Under the pieces are notes generated by a model. The model saw only the letters and a program-made list of their open reading frames with translations. It had not been told where the DNA came from and made no database searches. Below, one piece after another: positions 40,370 to 51,077 of a stretch of 64,000 nucleotides of DNA. This DNA comes from Ignavibacteriales bacterium CG_4_9_14_3_um_filter_34_10 (lineage in GTDB: Bacteria; Bacteroidota; Ignavibacteria; Ignavibacteriales; Melioribacteraceae), in NCBI GenBank assembly GCA_002790395.1, contig PFVB01000185.1:4321-68320 (forward strand). Reading direction: 5' to 3'. A program made the position numbers and the translations under genes. Positions within the stretch are counted from its first letter, which is position 1. Each line of letters opens with the position of its first letter.

Positions 40370-40588
40370 CTATTTATAACGATAAATAATCCGGCCTTTA
40401 TTCAAATCATAAGGAGATAACTCGACCGAAACTTTATCACCTACTAATATTTTAATAAAATGTAATCTCATCTTACCAGAAATATGGGCAATAACCTCAT
40501 GGTTATTATCCAACTTAACCTTAAAAGTAGCGTTTGATAAAGTATCCGTAATAACGCCATCAACTTTTATTTGTCCTTGCTTTGCCAT
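40370..40588 (-). CDS. infA: Translation initiation factor IF-1
   Basis: 72 aa: [41 protein letters not shown]. Confidence 0.95.
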   Translation of the reverse strand: MAKQGQIKVDGVITDTLSNATFKVKLDNNHEVIAHISGKMRLHFIKILVGDKVSVELSPYDLNKGRIIYRYK

Positions 40589-41349
40589 TAATTTATACTT
40601 AAAATCTCCGCTTTACCATCTATTACAGCAATTGTATGTTCAAAATGAGCTGCCGGTAAATTATCTGCTGTTAGTATTGTCCAGCCGTCAGTTCCAACTT
40701 TCACGTTAAATTTCCCCATATTAACCATTGGTTCAATAGCAACAGTCATTCCGTTTTTAATTAACGCTCCGGATCCTTTCTTTCCATAATTCGGAATTTG
40801 CGGATCTTCATGTAAATATTTTCCAACTCCGTGACCGCACAAATCTCGCACAACCGAAAATCCGTTCATTTCTACTTCTGTTTGAACTGCATTGGAAATA
40901 TCACCAAAATGATTACCTGCTACTGCTTGTTCAATACCTAAATAGAGTGATTTTTCAGTAACTTCCATCAGTTTAATTTTCTCGGTGGAAATATTCCCGA
41001 CTGCAACCGTTAAAGCAGCATCTCCATAAGCATGATTTTTAAGAACACCAATATCAATTGAAATTATCTCGCCTTCTTTAAGAATTCTGTTGCCTGGAAT
41101 TCCATGAACAACTTCTTCGTCAACCGAAGCACAGATTGAAGCGGGAAAACTTCTGGATCCGGCTTGTGAATATCCTTTGAAAGCCGGTATCGCATCATTA
41201 CTTCTAATATAATCCTCTGCAATTTTATCTAATTCCAGGGTTGAAATACCCGGTTTTACATATCTTTTGACTAATTGCAAAGTCTCTGCAACAATTTTAG
41301 AACTTTCTCTAATAAAATCTATTTCTTTTTTCGATTTAATTAAAATCAA
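40588..41349 (-). CDS. map: Type I methionine aminopeptidase
   Basis: 253 aa. [22 protein letters not shown] and FEHT metal-site blocks. Confidence 0.93.
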   Translation of the reverse strand: MILIKSKKEIDFIRESSKIVAETLQLVKRYVKPGISTLELDKIAEDYIRSNDAIPAFKGYSQAGSRSFPASICASVDEEVVHGIPGNRILKEGEIISIDIGVLKNHAYGDAALTVAVGNISTEKIKLMEVTEKSLYLGIEQAVAGNHFGDISNAVQTEVEMNGFSVVRDLCGHGVGKYLHEDPQIPNYGKKGSGALIKNGMTVAIEPMVNMGKFNVKVGTDGWTILTADNLPAAHFEHTIAVIDGKAEILSIN

Positions 41350-41355
41350 AATTTA

Positions 41356-42696
41356 TTAACCTTTTCTACCTCTTAGTTTGCCTGCTTTCATGAATCCGTC
41401 ATAATGGCGCATTAATAAATGCGATTCAATTTGTTGAAGCGAATCCAAAGCAACACCAACAAGAATAAGCAAACTTGTACCGCCAAAGAACGAAGCAAAA
41501 CTTCCTGAAACACCAAACTTATTAATGAATGCTGGCAAAATAGCTATTATCGCAAGGAAAATAGAGCCTGGCAATGTAATCTTTGTAAGTATATTATCAA
41601 TAAAATCCGAGGTTTGTTTCCCGGGTCTGATCCCTGGTACAAATCCACCCTGTTTCTTCATATTTTCGGCTACATCTTGAGGATTGAACGCTATCGCCGT
41701 ATAAAAATATGTGAAAAATATAATCATTAACGCATAAACAAATGAATATGTGAATGACGTATATTGAAAATATCCTGCAACAGCTTGCAAAAATTCATTA
41801 TCGGGGAAAAAGGATAGAACTGTTGCCGGAATGAACATAATTGCCTGTGCAAAAATGATAGGCATAACTCCGGCAGTATTAACCCGCAATGGAATATATT
41901 GAGTAACCCCGCCATAAACTTTTCTTCCAACCACTCTTTTCGCATACTGAACAGGAATTCTTCTTGTTCCCTGTGTTACAAGAATAACGCCGGCAATAAT
42001 CAAAACCATTAATGACAGAATAACAATTTCAATAATTATATTTCTTGTACCAGATGAAATCAAACGGTATTCATCCAAAATTGCGAACGGAAACCGATTG
42101 ATGATATTTATAAAAATTATAAGTGAAATACCATTTCCAATCCCCTTTTCAGTTATCTGCTCACCCATCCACATCATGAATATTGTACCGGCAACGAGAA
42201 GAATAACCGAAGTGATAACAAACCCAACTCCCCTTATTTCTGCCGGAATTACAGACTGACCTTCAACACTTAAATTCATAACAACGCCCGTAACAACACC
42301 TGTCGCCTGAAATATTGAAATTATAACTGTTCCGACACGAGTATATTGTGTGATTTTCTTTCTGCCTTCTTCACCTTCACGCTGCAATTTTTGTATAAAA
42401 GGAACAACCGCACCACCAAGCTGAATAATAATTGATGCAGATATATAAGGCATAATTCCTAATGCAAAAATTGCCACATTTGAAAAAGCTCCACCGGCAA
42501 ATAGGTCATAAAGACCAAGTAAATTATCGGATGTTTTATTTGCCATAGCCTGCGAAAGCAAATAACCGTCAACACCTGGCAAAGTGATATGAGAACCTAA
42601 CCGAACAATCAATAAGAGAGCTAAGGTATAAATAATTCGCTGCCTTAGTTCATGAATCTTGAAAATATTTCTGAATGTTTCTTGAAGTTTAGCCAT
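41356..42696 (-). CDS. secY: Preprotein translocase subunit SecY
   Basis: 446 aa with 10 TM segments. GIMPYISASIIIQL and position after rplO. Confidence 0.95.
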   Translation of the reverse strand: MAKLQETFRNIFKIHELRQRIIYTLALLLIVRLGSHITLPGVDGYLLSQAMANKTSDNLLGLYDLFAGGAFSNVAIFALGIMPYISASIIIQLGGAVVPFIQKLQREGEEGRKKITQYTRVGTVIISIFQATGVVTGVVMNLSVEGQSVIPAEIRGVGFVITSVILLVAGTIFMMWMGEQITEKGIGNGISLIIFINIINRFPFAILDEYRLISSGTRNIIIEIVILSLMVLIIAGVILVTQGTRRIPVQYAKRVVGRKVYGGVTQYIPLRVNTAGVMPIIFAQAIMFIPATVLSFFPDNEFLQAVAGYFQYTSFTYSFVYALMIIFFTYFYTAIAFNPQDVAENMKKQGGFVPGIRPGKQTSDFIDNILTKITLPGSIFLAIIAILPAFINKFGVSGSFASFFGGTSLLILVGVALDSLQQIESHLLMRHYDGFMKAGKLRGRKG

Positions 42697-43160
42697 TATT
42701 TTTTAATCTCTTTAATTGAACCGCCAACTGAAGTAATTTTTTCTTTTGCTGAATTACTGAATGCATAAGCAGAAACTTCTAATTTAGCTTTTAATTCGCC
42801 ATTTCCTAAAACTTTGTAAGGATAATTCGCTTTTGAAATTAAACCGTTTTTGAATAAGACATGAGTTGTAATTATCCCGTCTTCAACTTTTTTATCATCA
42901 ACCAATTTTTGAAGAGAAGAAACATTAATTACCTGATAATCTATTTTGAAAATATTTTTAAATCCTCTTTTAGGGATTCGTCTTTGTAAAGGCATCTGTC
43001 CGCCTTCAAACCAAGGTCTGTATTTTGCACCGGCTCTTGAATTCTGCCCATTCATACCACGTGTTGATTGTCCGCCATGACCGGATCCTTCACCACGACC
43101 AACTCTTTTTCTTTGCTTTGTAGATCCTTTAGCTTTCTTTAAATTACTTAAAAAATCCAT
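42696..43160 (-). CDS. rplO: 50S ribosomal protein L15
   Basis: MDFLSNLKKAKGSTKQRKRVGRGEGSGHG. I prefer the ATG at 43160 (4 nt after the rpmD stop) over the track start at 43184, which lies inside rpmD. Confidence 0.92.
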   Translation of the reverse strand: MDFLSNLKKAKGSTKQRKRVGRGEGSGHGGQSTRGMNGQNSRAGAKYRPWFEGGQMPLQRRIPKRGFKNIFKIDYQVINVSSLQKLVDDKKVEDGIITTHVLFKNGLISKANYPYKVLGNGELKAKLEVSAYAFSNSAKEKITSVGGSIKEIKK

Positions 43161-43164
43161 TCTA

Positions 43165-43353
43165 TTATCCTTCAATTTCTTCAACTTTGAGTAAATGTGA
43201 TACTTTTCTGATCATGCCACGGATTTGTGGGGTATCTGTGTGAAATTTGATATAATTAGGACGACCTAACCCTAAAGCTTCGATTGTTTTTTTCTGATCT
43301 TTTGGTCTATCAATCACACTTCCTGTTTGAGTCAATTTTAATTTCTTTGCCAT
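43165..43353 (-). CDS. rpmD: 50S ribosomal protein L30
   Basis: 62 aa: KLKLTQTGSVIDRPKDQKKTIEALGLGR. Confidence 0.92.
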   Translation of the reverse strand: MAKKLKLTQTGSVIDRPKDQKKTIEALGLGRPNYIKFHTDTPQIRGMIRKVSHLLKVEEIEG

Positions 43354-43363
43354 TTTAATTCAC

Positions 43364-43870
43364 CTATACATTAAACAATTCTGAGACTTTCATTCCTCTT
43401 TTGGAGGCCATCATATAAGCATCAGTTAAATTTAAAAGTCCGTTCAAAGTCGCTTTTACCTGATTATGAGGATTACTTGAGCCAAGTGATTTTGTCAAAA
43501 TATCCTTAACACCTGCCGATTCAAGAACCGCACGAACAGCACCACCGGCAATCAACCCTGTACCAGGAGCAGCAGGTCTCAACAATACTTTGCCTGCACC
43601 AAACTTTCCTAAAATTTCATGAGGGACAGTTCCTTTGAGGATCGCAACCTTAAAAACGTTCTTTTTTGCATCATCAATACCTTTTGAAATAGCATCTGTA
43701 ACTTCATTTGCTTTTCCAAGACCTACACCAACATGACCTTTAGCATCACCAACAACTACAATAGCATTAAAGCTAAATCTTCTACCACCTTTAACAACTT
43801 TTGCTACGCGGTTTATGTATACAACTTTTTCTTTTAAGTTTTCTAATCCCGATACTTTTTTAGGTTTCAA
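43364..43870 (-). CDS. rpsE: 30S ribosomal protein S5
   Basis: [29 protein letters not shown] start. Confidence 0.95.
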   Translation of the reverse strand: MKPKKVSGLENLKEKVVYINRVAKVVKGGRRFSFNAIVVVGDAKGHVGVGLGKANEVTDAISKGIDDAKKNVFKVAILKGTVPHEILGKFGAGKVLLRPAAPGTGLIAGGAVRAVLESAGVKDILTKSLGSSNPHNQVKATLNGLLNLTDAYMMASKRGMKVSELFNV

Positions 43871-43917
43871 TTTTTTTTACTCCAATAATTTCAATTACTT
43901 AATTTAACCGACTTTTG

Positions 43918-43988
43918 CTGCCGAGAGAGGATTCGAACCTCTACATACGGCTCCAAAGGCCGCTGTCCTACCATTAGACGACCCGGCA
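43918..43988 (-). tRNA. tRNA-Gln (anticodon UUG), embedded between rplR and rpsE
   Basis: Reverse complement is TGCCGGGTCGTCTAATGGTAGGACAGCGGCCTTTGGAGCCGTATGTAGAGGTTCGAATCCTCTCTCGGCAG. Acceptor stem UGCCGGG/CUCGGCA with U1-A72 and discriminator G73 (typical of bacterial tRNA-Gln). Anticodon loop CU-UUG-GA. T arm AGAGG-TTCGAAT-CCTCT. No encoded CCA. Confidence 0.85.
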
Positions 43989-43993
43989 ATTCA

Positions 43994-44365
43994 TTAAAAT
44001 TTTAATCCGCCTTCTCTTGCACCTTCGGCAAGAGCTTTAACACGACCATGATAAATATAAGAACCTCTGTCAAAAACCACACTGGAAAGATTTGCTTCCA
44101 AAGCCTTTTTTGCAATCAACTTTCCAACAAGCTTAGCTTTTTCAATTTTGCCTTTAACATTTTTAATGTCATCTAATAATTCTTTCGATTTAGTTGAAGC
44201 TGATGCTAATGTTTTACCGCAAGAATCATCAATTAATTGTGCATACATGTGATTCAAACTTCTGAATACAGTTAAACGTGGTTTTTCAGTAGTTCCGGAA
44301 ATATTTTTCCTGTTTCGGAATGCTCTTTTAATTTTTCTTTTTAATATATTATCTTTTTTAATCAT
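43994..44365 (-). CDS. rplR: 50S ribosomal protein L18
   Basis: [19 protein letters not shown]...[26 protein letters not shown]. Confidence 0.95.
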   Translation of the reverse strand: MIKKDNILKRKIKRAFRNRKNISGTTEKPRLTVFRSLNHMYAQLIDDSCGKTLASASTKSKELLDDIKNVKGKIEKAKLVGKLIAKKALEANLSSVVFDRGSYIYHGRVKALAEGAREGGLKF

Positions 44366-44382
44366 TCTAAGTTACTCCAGTT

Positions 44383-44919
44383 TTACTTACCTGCCGTTTT
44401 TCCGGCTTTTCTAATAATAACTTCGTCGCTGTATTTAATTCCTTTTCCTTTGTAAGGCTCAGGTGATCTGAACGATCTAATTTTTGCTGCAACAAGTCCA
44501 ACTAATTCTTTATCTATCCCGAAAATCTTTATCTGCGTTGGAACAGGAACTTCCAATTTAATTTCATCCGGAGCTTCAAAATAAATAGGATGAGAGTAAC
44601 CGACAGTTAAAAGAATTCCTTTTCCTTTCAGTTCGGCTTTATAACCAACCCCTACAATGTCCAACGATTTGCTGTATCCGCTTATAACTCCGGAAACCAT
44701 ATTTTGAATTAATGCTCTTGTTAATCCATGTAATGCACGATTTTCTTTTAGATCATTTTCCCGTAAAACAAGCAACTCTTTATCATTAATCTGCAGCTTT
44801 ACGTTAGGATGAACATTCATCTGAAGTTCACCCAACTTACCTTTAACTTTAATTGTATTGTCACCGATATTTACAGTAACATCACTAATATTAATTGGTT
44901 TTTTACCTACTCTTGACAC
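44383..44919 (-). CDS. rplF: 50S ribosomal protein L6
   Basis: MSRVGKKPINISDVTV...GYSHPIYF...PEPYKGKGIKY. Confidence 0.95.
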   Translation of the reverse strand: MSRVGKKPINISDVTVNIGDNTIKVKGKLGELQMNVHPNVKLQINDKELLVLRENDLKENRALHGLTRALIQNMVSGVISGYSKSLDIVGVGYKAELKGKGILLTVGYSHPIYFEAPDEIKLEVPVPTQIKIFGIDKELVGLVAAKIRSFRSPEPYKGKGIKYSDEVIIRKAGKTAGK

Positions 44920-44940
44920 TTAAATTCTCCACTCAAAATT

Positions 44941-45336
44941 TTACCAAATATGGCAAATGATTTCGCCGCCAACTGATTCTTTTTTTGCTTGCCTATCTGT
45001 AAGCAACCCCTTTGGTGTAGAAAGAACTGCAATTCCTAAACCGTTTCTAACTCGGGGAAGTTTATCTTTTCCAACATAAGTTCTTCTTCCCGGAGTACTA
45101 ATTCTCCTTAATCCTGTTATGGAAGACATTCCATTAACGTACTTTAAGTGAACCTTAATAATATTTTGTTTCCCATCTTCTACAATTACAAAATCTCTAA
45201 CAAAATTAGTTTCCTTAAGAATCTCAGCCATCCTAATTTTCATTTTCGAAGCAGGAATTTCAACAACTTTCTTTTTAGCTTTGACTGAATTTCTAATTCT
45301 TGTCAAAAAATCAGCAATCGGATCAACTACTGGCAT
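44941..45336 (-). CDS. rpsH: 30S ribosomal protein S8
   Basis: DPIADFLTRIRNSVKAKK...GGEIICHIW. Confidence 0.95.
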   Translation of the reverse strand: MPVVDPIADFLTRIRNSVKAKKKVVEIPASKMKIRMAEILKETNFVRDFVIVEDGKQNIIKVHLKYVNGMSSITGLRRISTPGRRTYVGKDKLPRVRNGLGIAVLSTPKGLLTDRQAKKESVGGEIICHIW

Positions 45337-45352
45337 TTATATACTCCTATTA

Positions 45353-45622
45353 TTACCAACTTGATTTTTGAATACCGGGAATTTCACCCTTTAGCGCCAT
45401 TTCTCTGAAAACCAAACGAGACAAACCGAATTTTCGATAATAACCTCGTGGTCTGCCGCTGACTAAACAACGGTTTTTTTGCCTGACAGGTGAAGCATTT
45501 CTAGGAATTGCCTGAAGTGCATCATAATCACCTTTAGCTTTTAATTCTTTTCTCAAACTTTCATATTTCTTCACGAGTCTTGCTTTTTTTGCTTCCCGTG
45601 CTAATAATGATTTTCTTGCCAT
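45353..45622 (-). CDS. rpsN: 30S ribosomal protein S14 (89 aa, non-zinc type)
   Basis: [13 protein letters not shown]...[25 protein letters not shown]...W. It has only one Cys. Confidence 0.93.
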   Translation of the reverse strand: MARKSLLAREAKKARLVKKYESLRKELKAKGDYDALQAIPRNASPVRQKNRCLVSGRPRGYYRKFGLSRLVFREMALKGEIPGIQKSSW

Positions 45623-45638
45623 CTTTTACCTTTTAGCT

Positions 45639-46268
45639 CTATTGTTTTTTTCTAAACGGAACACCGAACGCATTCAACAATTCATAAGCTTCTGCATCTG
45701 TCTTAGCAGTAGTTACAAAAGTGACATCCATTCCATGAACTTTAGAAATTTTGTCTACATTAATTTCAGGAAAAATAATTTGTTCTTTAATTCCCATTGT
45801 ATAATTTCCTCTACCATCAAATGATTTATCAGAAATTCCTCTGAAGTCACGAACGCGAGGAAGCGCAATTGCAATCAATCTTTTAAGGAATTCATACATT
45901 GATTCTTTACGCAAAGTTACTTTTGCTCCGATTTTCATTCCTTCTCTCAATTTAAAATTGGAGATAGATTTTTTAGCTGTTCTTAAAGATGCTTTTTGAC
46001 CGGTAATAGATTCAAGTTCTTTAACTGCATTGTCTAACTCTTTTGAATCCTGAACAGCATCGCCAACACCCATATTAATAACGATTTTCTCTAACTTCGG
46101 AACCTGCATAACATTCTTGTACGAAAATTTTTTCATCAGTTCCGGTATAATTTCTGCTTTATATTTTTCAAATAAATCAAGCGGAATTTTAACATTTCCC
46201 TTATTTTCAGCAACAGGTTTTACATCCTGTTTTTTATCATCTGCTTTAACTTTCTTTTCCTTCGCCAT
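45639..46268 (-). CDS. rplE: 50S ribosomal protein L5 with Lys-rich N-terminal extension
   Basis: Core block [35 protein letters not shown], preceded by about 28 extra residues ([28 protein letters not shown]). Confidence 0.92.
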   Translation of the reverse strand: MAKEKKVKADDKKQDVKPVAENKGNVKIPLDLFEKYKAEIIPELMKKFSYKNVMQVPKLEKIVINMGVGDAVQDSKELDNAVKELESITGQKASLRTAKKSISNFKLREGMKIGAKVTLRKESMYEFLKRLIAIALPRVRDFRGISDKSFDGRGNYTMGIKEQIIFPEINVDKISKVHGMDVTFVTTAKTDAEAYELLNAFGVPFRKKQ

Positions 46269-46290
46269 ATCTAATTAGAACCTCAATATT

Positions 46291-46614
46291 TTATAGCATT
46301 TCGCCGCTTTTTCTACTAATGCGGACAATCTTTTTCTTACTTGTTTTTTCATCAATAATTACTTTTGCGCCAATTCGAGTAGTTTCATTTGTCTTTGGAT
46401 CAATGATCATAACATTTGATGCATTAATCGGAGCTTCCTTTTCAACTATACCACCCTGTTGATTTTTTTGATTAGGTTTAGTATGACGCTTTTTAATATT
46501 GACACCTTCAACAATCAATTTGTTTTCTGAAGGATAAACTTTTAATACTTTTCCCGTTTTTCCTTTTGCGTTTCCGGCAATAATCATAACGGTATCATTC
46601 TTTTTAATCTTCAT
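46291..46614 (-). CDS. rplX: 50S ribosomal protein L24
   Basis: MKIKKNDTVMIIAGNAKGKTGKVLKV. I prefer the second ATG (46614) on GAGGA spacing. Confidence 0.92.
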   Translation of the reverse strand: MKIKKNDTVMIIAGNAKGKTGKVLKVYPSENKLIVEGVNIKKRHTKPNQKNQQGGIVEKEAPINASNVMIIDPKTNETTRIGAKVIIDEKTSKKKIVRISRKSGEML

Positions 46615-46624
46615 GTGCATTTCC

Positions 46625-46993
46625 TCAAAGAACTTCTGGAGCTAACGAAATAATTTTCATAAACTTTTTTTCTCTCAATTCGCGGGCAACCGGTCCAAAA
46701 ATACGTGTGCCGCGTGGTTCAAGTTGAGCGTTTAATAACACGGCTGCATTCTCATCAAATCTGATATAAGAGCCATCTGCACGCTTTACTTCTTTTGCTG
46801 TTCTAACAATAACTGCTTTAGAAACTTCACCTTTTTTTACATTACCACCAGGTATAGCAGTTTTAACTGCAACCACAATAACATCACCGACAGTGGCATA
46901 TCTTTTTCTTGTACCACCGAGAACTTTAATGCATTTAACTTTCTTTGCACCCGAGTTATCAGCAGCCACCAAATTTGTTTCTTGTTGTACCAT
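46625..46993 (-). CDS. rplN: 50S ribosomal protein L14
   Basis: [27 protein letters not shown]. Confidence 0.95.
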   Translation of the reverse strand: MVQQETNLVAADNSGAKKVKCIKVLGGTRKRYATVGDVIVVAVKTAIPGGNVKKGEVSKAVIVRTAKEVKRADGSYIRFDENAAVLLNAQLEPRGTRIFGPVARELREKKFMKIISLAPEVL

Positions 46994-47018
46994 TATATTA
47001 TCCTCTAATCAGCGCTGA

Positions 47019-47273
47019 CTATTTTGCTTTTTCTAAAATTTCTATGACACGCCATTTTTTAGTTTTGCTTATGGGTCGTGTTTCCATAACCTTAACAACG
47101 TCACCAATTCCACATTCATTTTTCTCATCATGAGCCATAAGCTTAGTCGTTTTCTTAAAATATTTTTTATACAGAGGATGAGCAACTTTTCGTTCGATTG
47201 AAATTACAATGCTCTTTTCCATTTTATTTTTAACAACCAAACCAACTTTTGTTTTACGTGAATTTCGCTCCAT
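47019..47273 (-). CDS. rpsQ: 30S ribosomal protein S17
   Basis: [29 protein letters not shown]...[13 protein letters not shown]. Confidence 0.93.
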   Translation of the reverse strand: MERNSRKTKVGLVVKNKMEKSIVISIERKVAHPLYKKYFKKTTKLMAHDEKNECGIGDVVKVMETRPISKTKKWRVIEILEKAK

Positions 47274-47279
47274 AAAATC

Positions 47280-47498
47280 TTATGACTCCTTATTTACTGT
47301 TTTCTTTTCTGCAATTTCTCTTTCTTTTAATATCGTTTTCATCTTAGCAATATCTTTTCTAACTAATTTCAACTTTGCAGTATTTGTCAAATTTTTTAAT
47401 TCATGTTGAAATCTGAGATCAATCAAGTTACTTTCTTCTTCCTTGATGCGTTTCAGTATTTCTTCAGTATTCATTTCTTTTATTTCATAAATCTTCAT
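47280..47498 (-). CDS. rpmC: 50S ribosomal protein L29
   Basis: 72 aa: EIKEMNTEEILKRIKEEESNLIDLRFQ. Position between rplP and rpsQ. Confidence 0.9.
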   Translation of the reverse strand: MKIYEIKEMNTEEILKRIKEEESNLIDLRFQHELKNLTNTAKLKLVRKDIAKMKTILKEREIAEKKTVNKES

Positions 47499-47509
47499 AT
47501 CTCAAACCT

Positions 47510-47932
47510 TTATTGATTTTCATAATCCGGTCGAACCGAAACTTTTGTTTTAATAGGTAATTTGTGAGAAGCCAAACGAAAAGCTTCAATTGCAATTTCC
47601 TTTGAAACTCCCGAAACTTCAAACATAATTCTTCCTGGTTTTACTACAGCCACCCAAAATTCAGGGGCTCCTTTTCCTTTACCCATTCTTGTTTCTAATG
47701 GTTTTTTTGTAACTGGCTTATCCGGGAAAATACGAATCCAAATCTTTCCGTCCCTTTTCATCGTTCTTGTGATCGCAATTCGGCAGGCTTCTATCTGTCG
47801 GCTTGTTATCCAGGCCGGCTCTAAAGACTTAAGTCCGAAATCACCAAAAGCTATTGAACTGCCACGCTTAGCTTTTCCCGCTCTTCGACCACGATGTTCT
47901 TTTCTATATTTTACTCTTTTTGGCATTAACAT
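47510..47932 (-). CDS. rplP: 50S ribosomal protein L16
   Basis: [16 protein letters not shown]...[25 protein letters not shown]. Confidence 0.95.
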   Translation of the reverse strand: MLMPKRVKYRKEHRGRRAGKAKRGSSIAFGDFGLKSLEPAWITSRQIEACRIAITRTMKRDGKIWIRIFPDKPVTKKPLETRMGKGKGAPEFWVAVVKPGRIMFEVSGVSKEIAIEAFRLASHKLPIKTKVSVRPDYENQ

Positions 47933-47953
47933 GAGGAAAACTCCTAATAAACT

Positions 47954-48595
47954 TTATTCTGATATTCTCTTACCTAAAATTTCACCACGGCAAATCCATA
48001 CTTTTACACCGATTGCGCCATAAACAGTATGAGCTGTTGCTGTAGCATAATCAATGTCGGCACGGATGGTATGAAGTGGAATCCTACCTTCTTTATACTC
48101 TTCGCTTCGAGCCATTTCAGCTCCGCCTAATCTACCTGAACATCTAACTCTTATTCCTTCAGCACCCATCCTTCTGGCAGCAGTAATAGTAGATTTCATT
48201 GCTCTTCTAAAAGAGATTCGTCCTTGTAATTGCACCGAAATATTTTCAGCTACAAGTTTAGCATCCAATTCAGGTCGTTTAATTTCAGCAATCTGTATTT
48301 TTACCTCTTTGTTAGTAATTTTCTTCAATTCTTCTTCTAACTGAGCGATTTCCTTTCCACTTTTACCTATTACTACTCCGGGTCTTGAAGTGTGAATTGT
48401 TAAAATTAAATTTTTTGATGTCCTGTCGATAACTATTCTTGAAACACCGGCTTTCTTCAAACGATTTCTAATATAAGATCTCAGCTTAATATCTTCAAGT
48501 AATTTTGTTGAGTATCCTTTTCTTTCATACCAATTAGATTCCCAACCTCTGATTACACCAACTCTGAATCCAATAGGATTTACTTTTTGACCCAA
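47954..48595 (-). CDS. rpsC: 30S ribosomal protein S3
   Basis: [22 protein letters not shown] with a KH domain. TTG start. Confidence 0.95.
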   Translation of the reverse strand: MGQKVNPIGFRVGVIRGWESNWYERKGYSTKLLEDIKLRSYIRNRLKKAGVSRIVIDRTSKNLILTIHTSRPGVVIGKSGKEIAQLEEELKKITNKEVKIQIAEIKRPELDAKLVAENISVQLQGRISFRRAMKSTITAARRMGAEGIRVRCSGRLGGAEMARSEEYKEGRIPLHTIRADIDYATATAHTVYGAIGVKVWICRGEILGKRISE

Positions 48596-48607
48596 TCAAT
48601 CCTCCGA

Positions 48608-48979
48608 CTATTGATTTAATTCTTCTTTAACTTTTAATTCTTTAGTTGCAACAACAATTGTAAGATGGTTTGAACGTTTTCTTACTCTGTATGCTCTTCC
48701 CATAGGGGCTGGAAGCATACGTTTCATTGTTGGACCTTGATTTACAAAAACTTCTTTCACTAACAAATCTGAGAGTTCATGCTTAATATTTGCATCTTTA
48801 TTGTATAGATTTGACACAGCAGATCTAAGCACTTTTTCAGCATCTTTTGATGCATGATGAGGATCGAAATGAAGAATTTCGATTGCTTTATCAACTGTTT
48901 TATTTCTAATCAAATCAATAACAAATCGCATTTTTCTTGGCGATGAAGGTATATACCTATGTGTTGCTTTTGCTTCCAT
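48608..48979 (-). CDS. rplV: 50S ribosomal protein L22
   Basis: MEAKATHRYIPSSPRKMRFVIDLIRNK...GRAYRVRKRSNHLTIVV. Confidence 0.95.
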   Translation of the reverse strand: MEAKATHRYIPSSPRKMRFVIDLIRNKTVDKAIEILHFDPHHASKDAEKVLRSAVSNLYNKDANIKHELSDLLVKEVFVNQGPTMKRMLPAPMGRAYRVRKRSNHLTIVVATKELKVKEELNQ

Positions 48980-48994
48980 TCTTTCCTCAATACT

Positions 48995-49282
48995 CTATTT
49001 GACTGCAGAAGCTTTTTCAGCTTTTGTTCCGGGGTGTCCTCTGAATATTCGTGTCGGTGCAAACTCCCCGAGCTTATGACCAACCATGTTCTCCGATACG
49101 TATATTGGAATCATTTTGTTGCCATTATGAACCGCAATAGTATGACCAACAAATTCAGGCGAAATAGTGCTTGAACGAGACCATGTTTTAATTACTTTTT
49201 TCTGATTTGCTTGATTAAGTTTTCTAACTTTCAAAAGCAATTTTACATCAATAAAAGGACCTTTTTTAACTGAACGAGGCAT
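48995..49282 (-). CDS. rpsS: 30S ribosomal protein S19
   Basis: [12 protein letters not shown]...[27 protein letters not shown]. Confidence 0.95.
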   Translation of the reverse strand: MPRSVKKGPFIDVKLLLKVRKLNQANQKKVIKTWSRSSTISPEFVGHTIAVHNGNKMIPIYVSENMVGHKLGEFAPTRIFRGHPGTKAEKASAVK

Positions 49283-49296
49283 AAATCACTCTGCTT

Positions 49297-50121
49297 TTAC
49301 TTTCTTCGTTTAACAATAAATTTATTAGAATCTTTCTTGTGTTTCCTTGTTTTCAAACCTTTGGCTTTTTGGCCAGAAGCTGATACCGGATGACCGCCAC
49401 CGCTTGTCTTGCCTTCACCACCACCCATTGGGTGATCCACAGGATTTTTTGCAACACCACGGCTGAAAGGTCTGATTCCCATCCATCGGCTTCTTCCTGC
49501 TTTACCAACACTGATGTTTTCATGCTCCAAATTACCAACCTGTCCATAAGTAGCGGAACATTCAATGCTTATGTTTCTAACTTCGCCTGAAGGTAATTTT
49601 AACTGTGCATATTTTCCTTCTCTTGCCATTAATTGAATTGCGGTGCCTGCAGAACGGCCAAGCTGAGCACCCTTTCCCGGCTTCAATTCAACATTATGAA
49701 TAAAACTTCCAACCGGTAAATCTTTTAATTTCAGAGAATTTCCAACTTTAATCTCTGCTCTTTCACCCGACATAAGCGTATCACCAACCTTTAAGCCATT
49801 CGGACATAAAATATAACGTTTTTCACCATCATTATAGAATAATAAGGCTATTCGTGCAGATCTGTTCGGATCATATTCAATTGCATTAACTACTGCGGGA
49901 ATACCATTTTTATCACGTTTAAAATCTATTACTCTGTATTTTCTTTTGTGACCACCGCCGCGATGACGAGAGGTTACTCTTCCCAAATTATTTCGCCCAC
50001 CACTTTTACTCAATGAAGTGGTTAAACTTTTTTCAGGAACTGTTTTTGTGATTTCTTCAAATCCAGCGATGGACATGAATCGTGTTCCGGGCGTAACTGG
50101 TTTTAATTTTCTAACTGGCAT
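49297..50121 (-). CDS. rplB: 50S ribosomal protein L2
   Basis: 274 aa: [22 protein letters not shown]...MNPVDHP-like block [13 protein letters not shown]. Confidence 0.95.
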   Translation of the reverse strand: MPVRKLKPVTPGTRFMSIAGFEEITKTVPEKSLTTSLSKSGGRNNLGRVTSRHRGGGHKRKYRVIDFKRDKNGIPAVVNAIEYDPNRSARIALLFYNDGEKRYILCPNGLKVGDTLMSGERAEIKVGNSLKLKDLPVGSFIHNVELKPGKGAQLGRSAGTAIQLMAREGKYAQLKLPSGEVRNISIECSATYGQVGNLEHENISVGKAGRSRWMGIRPFSRGVAKNPVDHPMGGGEGKTSGGGHPVSASGQKAKGLKTRKHKKDSNKFIVKRRK

Positions 50122-50135
50122 TAATCAATTCCTTA

Positions 50136-50429
50136 CTAAACTTCACCAAAAATATCTATTTTTTGACCTTCTTTAACGGTCACTATAGCTTTCTTATATT
50201 GAGGAGTCTTCCCACTAAATCTACCTTTCTTGGTAAATTGAGTTTTCGTTTTTCCTTTGTACTTGATCGTATTAACAGAAACAACATTAACATTAAATTT
50301 TTTCTTAATTGCTTTAGCTATTTCTATTTTATTTGAATCAATATTTACAACAAATCCATATTTATTCTGACTTTCCTGAATAGCAGTCATTTTTTCTGTC
50401 AATAACGGTCTGATTAATATATTATGCAT
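50136..50429 (-). CDS. rplW: 50S ribosomal protein L23
   Basis: ILIRPLLTEKMTAIQE...FVVNIDSNKIEIAKAIKKKFNVNV. Confidence 0.93.
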   Translation of the reverse strand: MHNILIRPLLTEKMTAIQESQNKYGFVVNIDSNKIEIAKAIKKKFNVNVVSVNTIKYKGKTKTQFTKKGRFSGKTPQYKKAIVTVKEGQKIDIFGEV

Positions 50430-50440
50430 CTTTTCCTCAC

Positions 50441-51067
50441 CTATTTAAGTATGCTTGCAATTTTGTCAACTGCACTTTTCTGAATCAACAACTTCTGGTT
50501 ATTGAGTATTTCATATGTCGAAGCATTCTCAGCTACATCAATGTAAACTTTCTCAATATTTCTACCTGACTTAAATACATTTGGCAAATTTTCACTGGTT
50601 AATAGTAATGTCTTTTTTCCGTAAACCTTTAAATTTTTCAGAATATCTGTAAAATTTTTGGTTTTTGGCTGATCAAAATTAAAATCTTCAACAACCATAA
50701 TCTGATTTGCTTTTGCTTTCATTGATAAAGCAGACTTACGAGCAAGAATATTTACCTTTTTATTGATTTTTTGTCTGTAATCTCTTGGTTTAGGTCCAAA
50801 TATAGTTCCACCACCAATCCATAATGGAGATCGTGATGTACCTGCTCTGGCACCACCCTTGCCTTTTTGTTTCCAAGGTTTTCTACCACCACCATTTACT
50901 TCACTTCGCTCCTTAGTCTTATGGGTTCCCTGTCTCTGATTTGCCAAAAAAGCTTTTACCGATAAGTACACTACATGATCATTTGGTTCGATGGCAAATA
51001 CGCTGTCTGATAGTTCAACTTTTTCTTCAGATAGTGTTCCGTCTATTTTATAAACATCAACTTTCAT
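50441..51067 (-). CDS. rplD: 50S ribosomal protein L4
   Basis: MKVDVYKIDG...GGGRKPWKQKGKGGARAGTSRSPLWIGGG. I prefer the ATG at 51067 because the track start at 51094 lies inside rplC. Confidence 0.93.
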   Translation of the reverse strand: MKVDVYKIDGTLSEEKVELSDSVFAIEPNDHVVYLSVKAFLANQRQGTHKTKERSEVNGGGRKPWKQKGKGGARAGTSRSPLWIGGGTIFGPKPRDYRQKINKKVNILARKSALSMKAKANQIMVVEDFNFDQPKTKNFTDILKNLKVYGKKTLLLTSENLPNVFKSGRNIEKVYIDVAENASTYEILNNQKLLIQKSAVDKIASILK

Positions 51068-51077
51068 TTTCAACCAA

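Noticed and set aside
40588-42696. Missing adenylate kinase gene between secY and map
   Set aside because: secY-map-infA without adk is a normal arrangement in many lineages. There is no remnant or gap suggesting a deletion.
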